64,000 nt of DNA, from positions 1 to 64,000 of the IMG/VR virus record IMGVR_UViG_3300036760_000306. One strand, given 5' to 3'. Both the position numbers and the translations under genes were made by a program. Positions 1 through 10,060 of this stretch are shown here, one piece after another. This DNA comes from a virus. The notes beneath the pieces are model-generated. The model was not told the origin of the DNA and ran no database searches. It was given only the letters and a program-made list of their open reading frames with translations. Within the stretch, counting starts at the first letter, position 1. Each line of letters opens with the position of its first letter.

Positions 1-1
1 C

Positions 2-3000
2 TTGGCCGATGACCTGATTGACCCAAGCCTCGGATTCGAGACTGAGCAACGGGTCCAGCTTCAGTACCGGATCCGTGTCGTGAAGGGCCTCGTGGGGCTT
101 ACCTCGAACCCCGACGGCTTCGACCCCGTGGTGGTCAAGGCTCAGGGCGCTGCCTCGACTCCGACCGCCTACACGTTCACGAACATGCGTCAAGCGTTGG
201 GTGATCCTGGCCTATGGAGAGCGGGCGACGGTACCCAGAATTCACTTGGGACCGTTGACGGCTACACGTACGCGATTCCGATCTCGGCGATTTTCCGCCG
301 CAACTCAGTGGTGTGGTTGGGTCAATCGAGTCAGAACCTCAACGGCGGGTTCAACCGTAACCCCACGGCGGTGGATCGTCTTGGGATCAAGACGTTCTCT
401 ACGGTTCCCACGCTTGCCGCCGACCTCTCGGCCGCTGCCACGTCGGCAACTTTAGTGTCGGCCACCAATTTGCCGATGCCCGCCACCCCCGCGACACCCG
501 TCACGATTCAAATCGGTGACGAGATCATGACCTACAGTTCGATCACGGGCACAACCGTGAACGGCTTGGTCCGTGGTCAGAACGGCACCTTGGCAGAGAT
601 CCACAAGTCGGGCCTCACCATCAAGGTCTTGTCTGGCCGTCCCGATGGGCTGTACTCGGATCAGATCGCGAACTCGGACATCCTTGATCTGCGGCACCTA
701 GTTAATCCTAACGGGATGGACTACACGGCGCTGCTCAAGTCGAACCTTGACAAGCTTCTGCGTGGTCAGCTCCGTGCCAACTGGAAGCGCTCCGGCGGTG
801 GTCCTCAGGGCAGCTTCGTTCACTACCAGGATGCGATCCAGTCCGCTGCTGTGTCGCTTGGCGTCACTCAACTCGATGCCCCCGATAACATCCGCATGGT
901 GTTCTCGGACGCCGCTACGATTCAGCCCGTAGAGCTTGTGGTAGAGCCTCGGGCCAGTGCTTATGGTCCCGGGCCTGGTGCGCCGATTAACGTAACCTGG
1001 TCATTGGCCCTTACGGCCAACACACTAGGCCGATCTTCAACGTTTGTTCCGACCAACGTTGATCAAGCCACCGTGGCTAATCAGTTTAGCCCGGGTGACG
1101 TGATTGTGGTCCCTGTGAACCAGCTCAAGAATGGGTTGCAAGCCGGTGCTACGGATCAGGTTCGTTGGCTCAATGATGGTGTGGTGGGCGCTGTCCAGTT
1201 ACGTCTGGATGGCGAAACTGGTGATCTCCCGTCCACCATGTACACGGTGACCCCTGCGGTACCGGCATTTGACGAGGATCTCACGATCACCTTGAGCAGC
1301 ACTTTCCCAGCGCAGCCTTCTATCCCGGGTGTGTCTCCGCGTTTGCTGCACATCCGAGCCCACATCGTCTACGGTGCGGGTCGGGGCCTTTCGCGTCGTC
1401 CTGATTCGTTGCACTCGATCAGCTACCTGAACCCTTCGGCAGATCTGTTGGTTCAGCAGGCTGGTGTCCCCTTGAGCAATAAGGGGTCGAGAGTCTCGTG
1501 GGCTCCTTTGTGGAGCAAGTACCGCAGCAGCGTGTTCAACAACGCTCTCCCGTCTACCGCCGAGATGTACTGTGACCTTGGCAGCAAGACCGTGATCGCT
1601 ACGCCTTTCCGGCGGGTCAACTTCACGCAGGGCTTGCTCACGATCGACGGTAATGCGGCCAACGCGCACCCCGATCCGACTCCGTTGGCCCCCACTTCGG
1701 GCACTACGCTTGCATTGAATAGCCAGTTCATCGTTGTCGGATCACACCCCAATACGGCTGTCGGGAACGCTTTGGTGATTTCGAGTGGCCCAGGAGCTGG
1801 TCGCTACACAATCATAGACTTGTCTTCCCCTACACAGATCCAAGTGGATCGTCCTATCCGAGCTAATGGTGGTGTGGTGGTTCCGTTCACCATCCACGCG
1901 GCACAAGGCTGCATGCCCGCGTTCACCAAGACGGGTGCCGCTAAGTGGGGCGCTACGGATCCTCTTGGTTTGTTCTGTAGCGAGAGTGCCGGGAACTTGG
2001 CTTTCAACAGCATCTATGTGTCTCTACCGAGACACTTGGTACCGGGCTGGGGGGAGCTTCATGTGCCCCTCCTCCATTCGGATACCTCAGCATTTGCTCA
2101 AGGCCTGAACTACATCACGAACAGCGGGACAGCAGGCCCAGGAACACACGACAACGCAGACAAGAACTACGTCAACTACAACCCCAACCCGACCTATACT
2201 TACGCGGCTTTCTCAACTGTAGACTTGAGCACACCTGGGTTACTGCCTGCTGCGTACAACACTCTAGTACCCCACGCGGGCAACAACTATGCGGGAATGC
2301 GCTTCTTCACAGACACCCGTGGGCTTGACCGTCAAGGGTTAGAGCTGCCGCCGTTCTATGGCGTGGCCCGTCTTTTTGCGGTTTATGAGGCTGCGGATTA
2401 CAAAGCAGTGGGATCTGCGTTCAATGATGCGACTCGCATACCTAATGGCGGCGGTGCAACGAATCTGCTGCGGCAAGCGATGCCGCAAGGATCTGGGCCA
2501 TCCTTCTGGGTTGAGATCGATTCCGATGGTGACTCTACGTTCATCTTGAACGCCAACGCGATTGATATCACGAAGTCCCCGAACCCGATTGCCAACTTCG
2601 GGGCTGGGAAGTACGTGATTGAAGCTTCCGTGTTCGGTTTCGATCGAGGCACTTTTGACTTGGGTTCGGAAGCCCGTTTGGTTATGTCTCGTCCTGGGGC
2701 AGGCGGCCCCGGATCTGGTAGTTGGACCACTGTAGGCACAGGCCCCGTAGATCAGGTTCCTGCAAACCGCCTCAACAACACCAACAAGTTGGTCGCAGGA
2801 CCCTCAGCGATCATCCCGGGCCCGGCTGAACCGTCGGACCAGATCCTCGTCAACTACTCCCGTACGCCTTACCAAGGCGATGCGTGGGGTTCTCAGACCA
2901 ACTACGCCGATATCCCGTACGCTCCAGGTCCACTGACCTCGGGCAATGCGTACCAGATCGACTCCACGGATCTAGATCCCAATGCCTTAACTCGACCCAA

Positions 3001-3862
3001 CCAGAAGGTCTTGGAGGTTCTAGCTTCCCTGAGCTTCTCCACGGACCTTGGGACTGGCCGCTACTCGGGAGACGCCACCACCACGACCCTAGATTTTAAG
3101 GACGTGGGTTACGAAGATCCGACGGTCTATCCGCCGACCTCGGGAATTGATCCTCGTCCCAAGGTGCTGCCCAACAACTTTGTGACAGCGGATTTGACGA
3201 ACATTGGGACTGAATACTTGGGCGCTTCAACTCGCTTGCCCTTGGGCGCTCTGTTCCGCGACAAGGACTTCCGAGGGCAGTCGTTCAGTGCTTTGCCATC
3301 CAGCTTGATTTACTCAGATCAGGTTGGTGCAGGCCCAGCAACCGGCCTTGCTCCGAGTCACTCAGGTGACCAGGACGAGGTGCTGCTCAACACCGCATCG
3401 TCGGGTGTGGGGTCCCCAGGCGACCTCTTGGTGCATGTGGACGGGGAGCAAGGCAACTACTCGCTCCTGACCAACTTCCGCGTGACCCGTGGTGGCTCAG
3501 TGTTCACGGCCTCAGGGGCGAACCCTGGTGGAACCGTGGCGTTGCAGAACCAGGCGTCGTTGGCTCAGACCAACCACGTCAACGTTTTGCAGGGCCGGGC
3601 TATGCTGGTCCGCAACACGGTCACGAACGTGGGGGCTACGGAAGTTTCGGCCGGAGATGAGCTGATGCTGCTCATCCTAACGACCGTCCAGCGTCCCGTG
3701 ATCAGCACCGTGGATCCCTCGGTAGTGCTCATCGGTACCAACGGTACTGGTGAGGGGTACTCGGCTGCCGACCTTTACCGTATCGAGGGTCACCCCTTGG
3801 TTCGCAACAACGTTCGAGTGAACCTGGATCCAGCGACTATCCCGCTGTCCAAGAGGGGTTGA
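2..3862 (+). CDS. Large virion structural protein (tail/baseplate-type), 5'-truncated by the window edge
   Basis: 1286-aa ORF open at the window start; G/T/S/P/N-rich, beta-strand-like composition typical of tail/baseplate proteins; no enzyme motif recognised. Confidence 0.55.
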   Translation: MADDLIDPSLGFETEQRVQLQYRIRVVKGLVGLTSNPDGFDPVVVKAQGAASTPTAYTFTNMRQALGDPGLWRAGDGTQNSLGTVDGYTYAIPISAIFRRNSVVWLGQSSQNLNGGFNRNPTAVDRLGIKTFSTVPTLAADLSAAATSATLVSATNLPMPATPATPVTIQIGDEIMTYSSITGTTVNGLVRGQNGTLAEIHKSGLTIKVLSGRPDGLYSDQIANSDILDLRHLVNPNGMDYTALLKSNLDKLLRGQLRANWKRSGGGPQGSFVHYQDAIQSAAVSLGVTQLDAPDNIRMVFSDAATIQPVELVVEPRASAYGPGPGAPINVTWSLALTANTLGRSSTFVPTNVDQATVANQFSPGDVIVVPVNQLKNGLQAGATDQVRWLNDGVVGAVQLRLDGETGDLPSTMYTVTPAVPAFDEDLTITLSSTFPAQPSIPGVSPRLLHIRAHIVYGAGRGLSRRPDSLHSISYLNPSADLLVQQAGVPLSNKGSRVSWAPLWSKYRSSVFNNALPSTAEMYCDLGSKTVIATPFRRVNFTQGLLTIDGNAANAHPDPTPLAPTSGTTLALNSQFIVVGSHPNTAVGNALVISSGPGAGRYTIIDLSSPTQIQVDRPIRANGGVVVPFTIHAAQGCMPAFTKTGAAKWGATDPLGLFCSESAGNLAFNSIYVSLPRHLVPGWGELHVPLLHSDTSAFAQGLNYITNSGTAGPGTHDNADKNYVNYNPNPTYTYAAFSTVDLSTPGLLPAAYNTLVPHAGNNYAGMRFFTDTRGLDRQGLELPPFYGVARLFAVYEAADYKAVGSAFNDATRIPNGGGATNLLRQAMPQGSGPSFWVEIDSDGDSTFILNANAIDITKSPNPIANFGAGKYVIEASVFGFDRGTFDLGSEARLVMSRPGAGGPGSGSWTTVGTGPVDQVPANRLNNTNKLVAGPSAIIPGPAEPSDQILVNYSRTPYQGDAWGSQTNYADIPYAPGPLTSGNAYQIDSTDLDPNALTRPNQKVLEVLASLSFSTDLGTGRYSGDATTTTLDFKDVGYEDPTVYPPTSGIDPRPKVLPNNFVTADLTNIGTEYLGASTRLPLGALFRDKDFRGQSFSALPSSLIYSDQVGAGPATGLAPSHSGDQDEVLLNTASSGVGSPGDLLVHVDGEQGNYSLLTNFRVTRGGSVFTASGANPGGTVALQNQASLAQTNHVNVLQGRAMLVRNTVTNVGATEVSAGDELMLLILTTVQRPVISTVDPSVVLIGTNGTGEGYSAADLYRIEGHPLVRNNVRVNLDPATIPLSKRG

Positions 3863-3881
3863 ACCCCTCCGAAGCGAACTC

Positions 3882-4538
3882 CTACTTTTTCTTAGGTTTT
3901 GCGTCCGGCTTTGCGGCTTCTCCTGAAGGGAGGGCGGGCGCTTGCTTTGATACACGGGTGAGCAGGGGGGAGAGGGCCTTGTACCACTCCAGGTTCTCCG
4001 CGTTGGCGTCGGTTTTCTTGATCGTCGAGACGTCGAAAAGGGTTTCGATCTCTTGTGCACGCTGGATAGCGGTCAAGGCACCCTTGACCGCTCTTACTCC
4101 TGACCAGTTGAACACGTCCTCGCCATCCACAGAGGCCCTGACTGCTTGCTCTTTCGGAAGAGAGATGATGGTGCGCTTGTACTTCTTCTGCATCGCCTTA
4201 TTGTTCCCCGACACACGACGGCGAAGCTCCTGAGTTTTGGTGCCATCGGCCTTGGGGACTGCACTCAGTCCCGCGACCAACATACAGAGGTAAGTGTAGG
4301 GGATAGGCAACTTGGGGTAGTGCTTCGCGCAAAGATCAAGGGCATACATGATCTTCTCACCCTCATACCTCATTGCGGGGACGCTGAGCCTGCCGGTCTT
4401 GATGTCTTTTTGAAGACGTCCCAACACACCGGTTGGGTGGTGCAGCACTTTCGCGGTCGCTTGTTTGCCTTTCCGTCCACTATCAGCACCATCTGCGATT
4501 TCAGCCTGTACTCGACTCAGCAACTCTGCATTCTTCAT
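3882..4538 (-). CDS. Hypothetical basic protein, possible ParB-like helical element
   Basis: 218-aa ORF, start overlaps the upstream stop; LQKDIKTGRLSV loosely resembles the ParB post-HTH helix. Confidence 0.45.
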   Translation of the reverse strand: MKNAELLSRVQAEIADGADSGRKGKQATAKVLHHPTGVLGRLQKDIKTGRLSVPAMRYEGEKIMYALDLCAKHYPKLPIPYTYLCMLVAGLSAVPKADGTKTQELRRRVSGNNKAMQKKYKRTIISLPKEQAVRASVDGEDVFNWSGVRAVKGALTAIQRAQEIETLFDVSTIKKTDANAENLEWYKALSPLLTRVSKQAPALPSGEAAKPDAKPKKK

Positions 4539-5557
4539 GGCATAACTCCTTCGTGCTTTTGGTAGAGATCTTTGATTAGGTCGTAAGCATCTGTAATTGC
4601 ATGGAACATAGTTTCGTTACCGCCCCGATCGGGGTGCGCCTCTAAAGCGAGACGTTTGTACTTGGTTGAGACCAGCTTCAGATCGATCCTAAGACCGGAT
4701 TTAAATGGAACCAACTCTAACTGGTCGAAAGCCAGATTCAGAGCTTTACGATTGACGATCGCCTGCCCCATGGACTTGCGCATGATCGCTCGTTTAAAGT
4801 GAGAAGTGGTGAGCCTAAACTCCTCCAGGTAATCACGACGAAGGTGCAAACGTTCTTGTTCTGGTATGCGGTTTAGGTGAGCATCGACCCATACCGTGAA
4901 CTTCTCTCTAAGCTCTCGCATATCGGTATCAGAATCGGGCAGTGGTGCAGCTCGCGTAGCGGTATCAGAATCGGGCAGTGATGCAGCAACTTTACGTGGA
5001 GTCTTGGCCCGCTTAGTTTGAGTGGTTGCTGCCCTGGTTGCTGCCCTGGTTTCGTGGAGGGTGATGGCTTCATGCTCAAGCTGGTCGGCGAGGATTTTGG
5101 AGTAGAGCCCCATGCCTTTGTGACTCTTGACTTCTGAGATTCTCTTCTCGATTACAAGGAAAGCATCGTCTTTCGATAACCCGGACAGTTGGGCGTATTT
5201 GTTGCTCAACCCGATGAATCTGTATGCGTGCGAGATATTCTCGCCACCGCTATCCACCATCTTTAGCAAGCGTGCTTTGTTTTCCTCGGAGATCCCCGCA
5301 CGCATTACGACTCTGCGGTAGTTGTAGTCGTTAGTTGTAAAGACACCCAGAAGTTGCTCTAGGATGATGTGCGCCTCAGCTTTGAACCGTCCACCGTGCT
5401 TTTTGTGGTAACCGTCTAGGAACGCGGTCTCCATGTTGTACAGCTCTGCCTGAGTCATAGTTAGGGCACGTGCTCGATAATCTGACACCAATGCCAATAG
5501 CGGCGGTGTTAGATCACGTTTCAAGTTTCGTAGAACTTCTGTACGTTTTTGAACCAT
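4535..5557 (-). CDS. Protein with C-terminal J-domain (DnaJ-like)
   Basis: C-terminal YKRLALEAHPDRGGNETMFHAITDAYDLI carries the HPD motif; internal LPDSDT duplication. Confidence 0.75.
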   Translation of the reverse strand: MVQKRTEVLRNLKRDLTPPLLALVSDYRARALTMTQAELYNMETAFLDGYHKKHGGRFKAEAHIILEQLLGVFTTNDYNYRRVVMRAGISEENKARLLKMVDSGGENISHAYRFIGLSNKYAQLSGLSKDDAFLVIEKRISEVKSHKGMGLYSKILADQLEHEAITLHETRAATRAATTQTKRAKTPRKVAASLPDSDTATRAAPLPDSDTDMRELREKFTVWVDAHLNRIPEQERLHLRRDYLEEFRLTTSHFKRAIMRKSMGQAIVNRKALNLAFDQLELVPFKSGLRIDLKLVSTKYKRLALEAHPDRGGNETMFHAITDAYDLIKDLYQKHEGVMP

Positions 5558-6889
5558 CTAAGTGTGTAGCCTGGCTTTGGTGCGCTTGGTCAACATAGGC
5601 CACCCAGTTTTTGTTGTAGTCTGAAACTTGTTGTTAACGTCCATAACCCACCCCCAACGCTTCAAGTTGGCCAAGTGTATATTCAGACTGTGCGCAGAAG
5701 TGCCCATCAACTCCGCAAGTTCGTTCTTATCTTTATCTGGGGCCCGTCTAATGGTTTGAAGTACACTGACAATGGTGCAGATGGGTTTTTGTAACAAATC
5801 ATGGTCCGGACCCAGATCTGCGATAAACTCATCCATCAGACGATCCGCAGCACTCCTGCGATCTTCTACTACCGGAACCTCAGCCTTGGGGGCCTGGTTC
5901 AGATCTATCCCCATATCTGTGAACGCCTGTTCCAAAGGACTCACCGGGGTAACCACGCGATACTTGCCGCGCTCCACAGCCTCAAAGACCTTGTTGCCGT
6001 ACTGGTCCACCGTGTTCGACATGACTACGCTGATATAGCTTTTCAGGTTCTTGCTGGGCGGTGGGCCTAGAGCGCGGAGGCCCTGGGCCATTTCACCAAG
6101 GGTCATAATTTTGTTGCCGAGCACGGCGACCATTTTCTGACCCATGGTCATGCTTCCGTCCGCCTTTTTGCGAGTCTTACGTTCGAGCGCTATCAGGTGA
6201 CGCTTGTTACGTTCAACGAGACCGGGAAGATTTTGTATTGAGATCAGGACTTCTGCAAGATGTCCCCCTAAGGCGTGGTTGTGTCTCTCAAATGCCTTAT
6301 TATGGGATCCTTCCGCGTCGTCCGCCTCTTCATCCGCGTTCTCATTTGGTGCGGTCTCGGCTTCGTTACGTAGGGCTTTACGTAGGATTTCGTTGACAGC
6401 AGCCAAAGTCAGGCCCTTAGGCGTGTTCTTGACTATCAAGGCCCGTTGCGAGGGGGTCAACTGGTCGTGGAGCCAATTAAACTCCTCTAAGGGGGTTAGA
6501 CTGACCGCTCTCGCAGTCTTCTGAACAACCTCCGTCCTAACATTCTGAATCCCGATCCACGCCTGCGAAGGTGAAGCCTGACCCTCGACCCACGCCTGCG
6601 AAGGTGAAGGTGAAGCCTGAACCTCAGCAGTTTCAACTACCTGAGCCTCAACGGCTTTGTACGGTGTATTCAAGGCCGTCAGGAGACTCTTGGCGAAATC
6701 CAAACCCTCTATGGGGTCGGCCAGCTTACCGGCCAGTTCCATAAAGAGGGCCGTAGAAAGTGACGCAGGTAACAGTACCCGAAGCTTCTTTTCTTCCTCA
6801 TGGCAGATCTTGATGGCTTCGATAAATTCCTCGCTTGCTGTTTGCAGTCGAAGCGCTTGGGACCCCATGTCATCTACGGTCGTCGGCAC
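5558..6889 (-). CDS. Multi winged-helix DNA-binding protein
   Basis: Internal wHTH (MTMGQKMVAVLG...VERGKYRVV) similar to the 42534 protein; C-terminal HTH (ELAELMGTSAHSLNIHLANLKRWGWV); start uncertain. Confidence 0.6.
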   Translation of the reverse strand: MPTTVDDMGSQALRLQTASEEFIEAIKICHEEEKKLRVLLPASLSTALFMELAGKLADPIEGLDFAKSLLTALNTPYKAVEAQVVETAEVQASPSPSQAWVEGQASPSQAWIGIQNVRTEVVQKTARAVSLTPLEEFNWLHDQLTPSQRALIVKNTPKGLTLAAVNEILRKALRNEAETAPNENADEEADDAEGSHNKAFERHNHALGGHLAEVLISIQNLPGLVERNKRHLIALERKTRKKADGSMTMGQKMVAVLGNKIMTLGEMAQGLRALGPPPSKNLKSYISVVMSNTVDQYGNKVFEAVERGKYRVVTPVSPLEQAFTDMGIDLNQAPKAEVPVVEDRRSAADRLMDEFIADLGPDHDLLQKPICTIVSVLQTIRRAPDKDKNELAELMGTSAHSLNIHLANLKRWGWVMDVNNKFQTTTKTGWPMLTKRTKARLHT

Positions 6890-6956
6890 ACCAGCATTAG
6901 ACTGATTTTATCGTCTGGAAGCAAGGCTGAATGCATCATTTTACTGGAAAAGCGGG

Positions 6957-6984
6957 AAAAAGCGTAGATAATCTGCTTTTTTTA
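6957..6984. terminator. A/T-flanked imperfect hairpin in the AT-rich divergent intergenic region
   Basis: AAAAAGC..AGAT-A-ATCT-GCTTTTT inverted repeat with A and T tracts. Confidence 0.35.
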
Positions 6985-7053
6985 TTGGGCTTACCCGACT
7001 TGCCTACTGCTTTCTAGCCTAAGCGGTCTGGTTTGCTCGATGCCTCAGGCGGT

Positions 7054-7060
7054 GGTGTAG
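7054..7060 (+). promoter_or_regulatory. GGTGTAG element
   Basis: Copy of the recurring motif; ATG at 7075. Confidence 0.45.
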
Positions 7061-7074
7061 ATCGTTGGTCGCAA

Positions 7075-7635
7075 ATGCCCAGTCTCCAGCTCCAAACTCC
7101 GGTTCCGGTTTCCCAGCGGCCTGGGGAACATGTGCCCTTACTAGCGGGGAGTCCGCGTGGGGCGGCCTTGGGTTGGTCTAAAGGGTGGGAATTGCGCGAT
7201 ACTCTGCTGGTAATGACTCCAACGGCTACCTTGTACCTGTTTTTATTCAGGATTCCTTTACAGGAGTCTACTATTGTGGAGAACCTGCTCGCTGTCGGGG
7301 TTGGGGGTCTGAATATAGACCGAGGGAGGGTAAACGGACGTTGGCCTCCCAATGTTCTGCTAGTCCATCACTCTGAGTGCCGTACCGAGTGCTGCCTTGA
7401 ATGCCCTGTGTTCAAGCTAGATCAGCAGAGCGGGGTGTTGAAAAGCGGTGCTGTACGCCCGAATCAGTTGCGCAATAACTCTAGGCTAGCAACGAATGGG
7501 GGGTACCACGGGCGTTTTGGGGATTCATTTTTAATTGGGTATGGGGATGAGGGTGGGGCATCGCGGTTTTTCCCGCAATTCGAGTCCCTTATGCATTGCA
7601 TAGCTTGGGTTAGCGATCTCATTGCAACTGATTAA
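7075..7635 (+). CDS. Degenerate N6/N4 DNA methyltransferase-derived protein, no catalytic motifs seen
   Basis: GWELRD, GGLNID..GRWPPNV and GYGDEGGASRFF match segments of phage N6_N4_Mtase proteins; no DPPY or FxGxG motif. Confidence 0.55.
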   Translation: MPSLQLQTPVPVSQRPGEHVPLLAGSPRGAALGWSKGWELRDTLLVMTPTATLYLFLFRIPLQESTIVENLLAVGVGGLNIDRGRVNGRWPPNVLLVHHSECRTECCLECPVFKLDQQSGVLKSGAVRPNQLRNNSRLATNGGYHGRFGDSFLIGYGDEGGASRFFPQFESLMHCIAWVSDLIATD

Positions 7636-7657
7636 TTTCCCTATTCATTAGGGGTGT

Positions 7658-7870
7658 ATGCCGCTTATCCATCGAAGTTACCTAGATCTCTCCATTGAGC
7701 AACGCAAGGCAGGGGCCAAGGTTGTGCGGGCTAGACTGCGGGCAGCTTTGGGCAACCCGAGTCTGACTCCCGCCCAAATCAAGCAACTTCAAGATCAGGT
7801 ACTCAAGATCAACATGTGGGAAGCCGGTACGCTAGCCCAGATGCCTGAACCTGTGCCCGAACCTGCCTGA
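7658..7870 (+). CDS. Small hypothetical protein
   Basis: 70-aa ORF with ATG start filling an intergenic slot. Confidence 0.55.
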   Translation: MPLIHRSYLDLSIEQRKAGAKVVRARLRAALGNPSLTPAQIKQLQDQVLKINMWEAGTLAQMPEPVPEPA

Positions 7871-7907
7871 CTTTTCTCCCTATGGGTTGGTAGTGGAGAG
7901 GTGTCTC

Positions 7908-8303
7908 ATGGACGGTATAGCTGAATTCGTTAACACCAATCTGATCCCACACTGGCCGTTCGTGGCTGCCATGATGATCTTCATGATCATCGGCCAGGTC
8001 ATGTCAAAAAACATCTTTACGAGAGACGCCCACAAGACCAACAAGCCCGTATGGTTGTTCTGGTGGGGCCGCAAGACCTTGGCACTGCATCCAATCGTCG
8101 CTGGCCTGATCTTGGGTTTGGTCTGGCGTGATCCAGAAGCAGGTGTCAAAGGCTTGGCCGCCAGCATGGGGTACTTCGCGATGGCTGGTACTTTTTCTGT
8201 TTGGGCTTACGAAACGCTGAAAGGGCTTGCCAAGAAAGAAGGGATCGACCTGGATTTGCCCGGGGTCGATGACTCCACACCTCCTGCCCCTCCGGCGAGC
8301 TGA
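7908..8303 (+). CDS. Holin-like membrane protein
   Basis: GGAGAGG RBS before ATG 7908; about three hydrophobic segments and a charged C-terminal tail. Confidence 0.5.
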   Translation: MDGIAEFVNTNLIPHWPFVAAMMIFMIIGQVMSKNIFTRDAHKTNKPVWLFWWGRKTLALHPIVAGLILGLVWRDPEAGVKGLAASMGYFAMAGTFSVWAYETLKGLAKKEGIDLDLPGVDDSTPPAPPAS

Positions 8304-8304
8304 G

Positions 8305-8889
8305 ATGCTTCAGGACCCTCCGGCAACCCCTCCGCCACCGATGCCCCCAGAACCCAAGGCCCCCGCTGAGCCTGGGTTCTGGCAGGTCGTAGGGGCCAAG
8401 CTAGCGGCTTTCGCCAAGTGGGCTGCCCGTGTGCTTGTGGCACCAGGGATCGCGTTGCTCCTGATTGTAGGGGCCATTGTGCTTGTGGCCCTGGGTATCA
8501 AGAACGTCCAGATCGGCGGCCTTCTCGGGATGCTCTTTGGCAAGAAGAAGCCAGAGCACACGGCGATCGATACCGCCAATTCGGTGCCCGAGGATCGCGT
8601 GGACGACAAGGGCAAGATCATCCCAATCGGTGAGCCTGACTCGAAGGGGATGACTCAAGCGGTCGTGGTGCCGATCCAGAACCCTGGGATCTTTGCGGAC
8701 CCGGATCACGTCACGTTCACCCCTCCGGGCGAGACCAAGCCGGTCGAGATCAAGCTACCGGATGGCGTCAAAGCCAAAGACGTTGAGAAGGTGATCGTCG
8801 TGAAGCCCACGAAGTTCGTGGTCACGGTGAAGGACACTTCTGGGATCTCGGCCAAGCATGTCGATGACTTGCTCAAAAAGTACGGCTGA
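8305..8889 (+). CDS. Membrane-anchored protein (possible spanin-type)
   Basis: ATG 2 nt after the previous stop; Pro-rich N-terminus, one long hydrophobic segment (VLVAPGIALLLIVGAIVLVALGI), soluble C-domain. Confidence 0.5.
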   Translation: MLQDPPATPPPPMPPEPKAPAEPGFWQVVGAKLAAFAKWAARVLVAPGIALLLIVGAIVLVALGIKNVQIGGLLGMLFGKKKPEHTAIDTANSVPEDRVDDKGKIIPIGEPDSKGMTQAVVVPIQNPGIFADPDHVTFTPPGETKPVEIKLPDGVKAKDVEKVIVVKPTKFVVTVKDTSGISAKHVDDLLKKYG

Positions 8890-8901
8890 CGGGGGCCCTA
8901 G

Positions 8902-9543
8902 ATGCTGCATCTCTTGCCTTGGTTTCTACTTCTTCCAACCCTAACCTCAGCCCCCGTACCGGCGGCTCCGGCGGCCCCGGTGGTTGTTGAAGAGCCCTTG
9001 GGTCCTGCATGCCCAAGTGGTGCCTATACTTGCGTTGAGAACGCGGATTTGAAGACGTTTATCCTGCTCTTGCGGGAGCAGAAGTGCCGGGCTGAGACTT
9101 CTCCGACAGTCACCGCCGACTCCGTAGTGATCATAGCGGACCGGCAAGGGCGAGTCTACGGATCAGGTACAGGTCCCAAGCCCTACAAATTGCACATAAA
9201 ATGGTGCAACTACCAGCTCGATGCCGCGTCCGAGATCCATCTGGATGTGGCTCAGCGGGTCGAGCCCACGTGGGGCTTTAGGCTGCGGATCAAGGCCACC
9301 GCTGGTGTATTGGTGGCAGACGCTTTCTCAGCAGACAAGCTGTACGAGGCCCTTGATGGGGGCATCTTGGTCGAGCCGTTTTTCATTCAATGGGCCAACC
9401 TCAATGCGTTCGTTGGATTTCGTTCGTTTGGAGCTGGTGTTGGCGCTGACTTGACTCAGAACATGGGAGTGTACAGCGGGTATGCTCTAACCTGGGGCTC
9501 CTGGCGTTCCAATCCCTATCTGGGCGTATCGTTCGCTTTCTGA
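8902..9543 (+). CDS. Secreted protein with outer-membrane beta-barrel-like C-terminus
   Basis: Hydrophobic signal-like N-terminus, four Cys, amphipathic beta strands ending NPYLGVSFAF (terminal Phe beta-signal). Confidence 0.5.
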   Translation: MLHLLPWFLLLPTLTSAPVPAAPAAPVVVEEPLGPACPSGAYTCVENADLKTFILLLREQKCRAETSPTVTADSVVIIADRQGRVYGSGTGPKPYKLHIKWCNYQLDAASEIHLDVAQRVEPTWGFRLRIKATAGVLVADAFSADKLYEALDGGILVEPFFIQWANLNAFVGFRSFGAGVGADLTQNMGVYSGYALTWGSWRSNPYLGVSFAF

Positions 9544-9552
9544 GAATATACT

Positions 9553-9996
9553 ATGAACGACTCAGCCGGGTTGCACATTTTGATGGATGCTAGGGTCGCT
9601 GACTCTAGTGTCTTTACCAGAGAGAAGTTGTGCCAACTCTTCAACCAACTCACCGTGGCTCTCCGGATGCAACCGTTAGGTGCCGTTCAAGTTTATGAAG
9701 TGCCCGTGGACCCACGAACCCTAGAGCGCGTTAAAGAGACAGGCGTTTTTGAGGATGAGGGCGGGATTTCCACCCTGCTCGCCATAACCACGAGTCATTT
9801 ATCTCTCCATGCTTGGCCGCTACAAAGGTACTTCGCCCTAGACACTTTTTCGTGTAAAGACTTCGATGCCGAGGCGGCCCTCGCCATCATACGCGACAGT
9901 ATTGGGGTGATCTCCGAGAACACTTTGATCGTCAAACGTCGTAAACCCTCGGAGGATACCACCCCCACTCGTGTGGTTCGGTACTTCCAAGTATGA
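9553..9996 (+). CDS. speD: S-adenosylmethionine decarboxylase proenzyme (SpeD/SpeH family)
   Basis: GLHILMD, GISTLLAITTSHLSLHAWP (self-cleavage SH site, T in place of the usual E), LDTFSC. Confidence 0.85.
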   Translation: MNDSAGLHILMDARVADSSVFTREKLCQLFNQLTVALRMQPLGAVQVYEVPVDPRTLERVKETGVFEDEGGISTLLAITTSHLSLHAWPLQRYFALDTFSCKDFDAEAALAIIRDSIGVISENTLIVKRRKPSEDTTPTRVVRYFQV

Positions 9997-10060
9997 CTGC
10001 ATCTAGATTCAGAGAAAAACGAGTGAAAGCCCGTTACACTAACACCAAGTTGGCGGTGCC

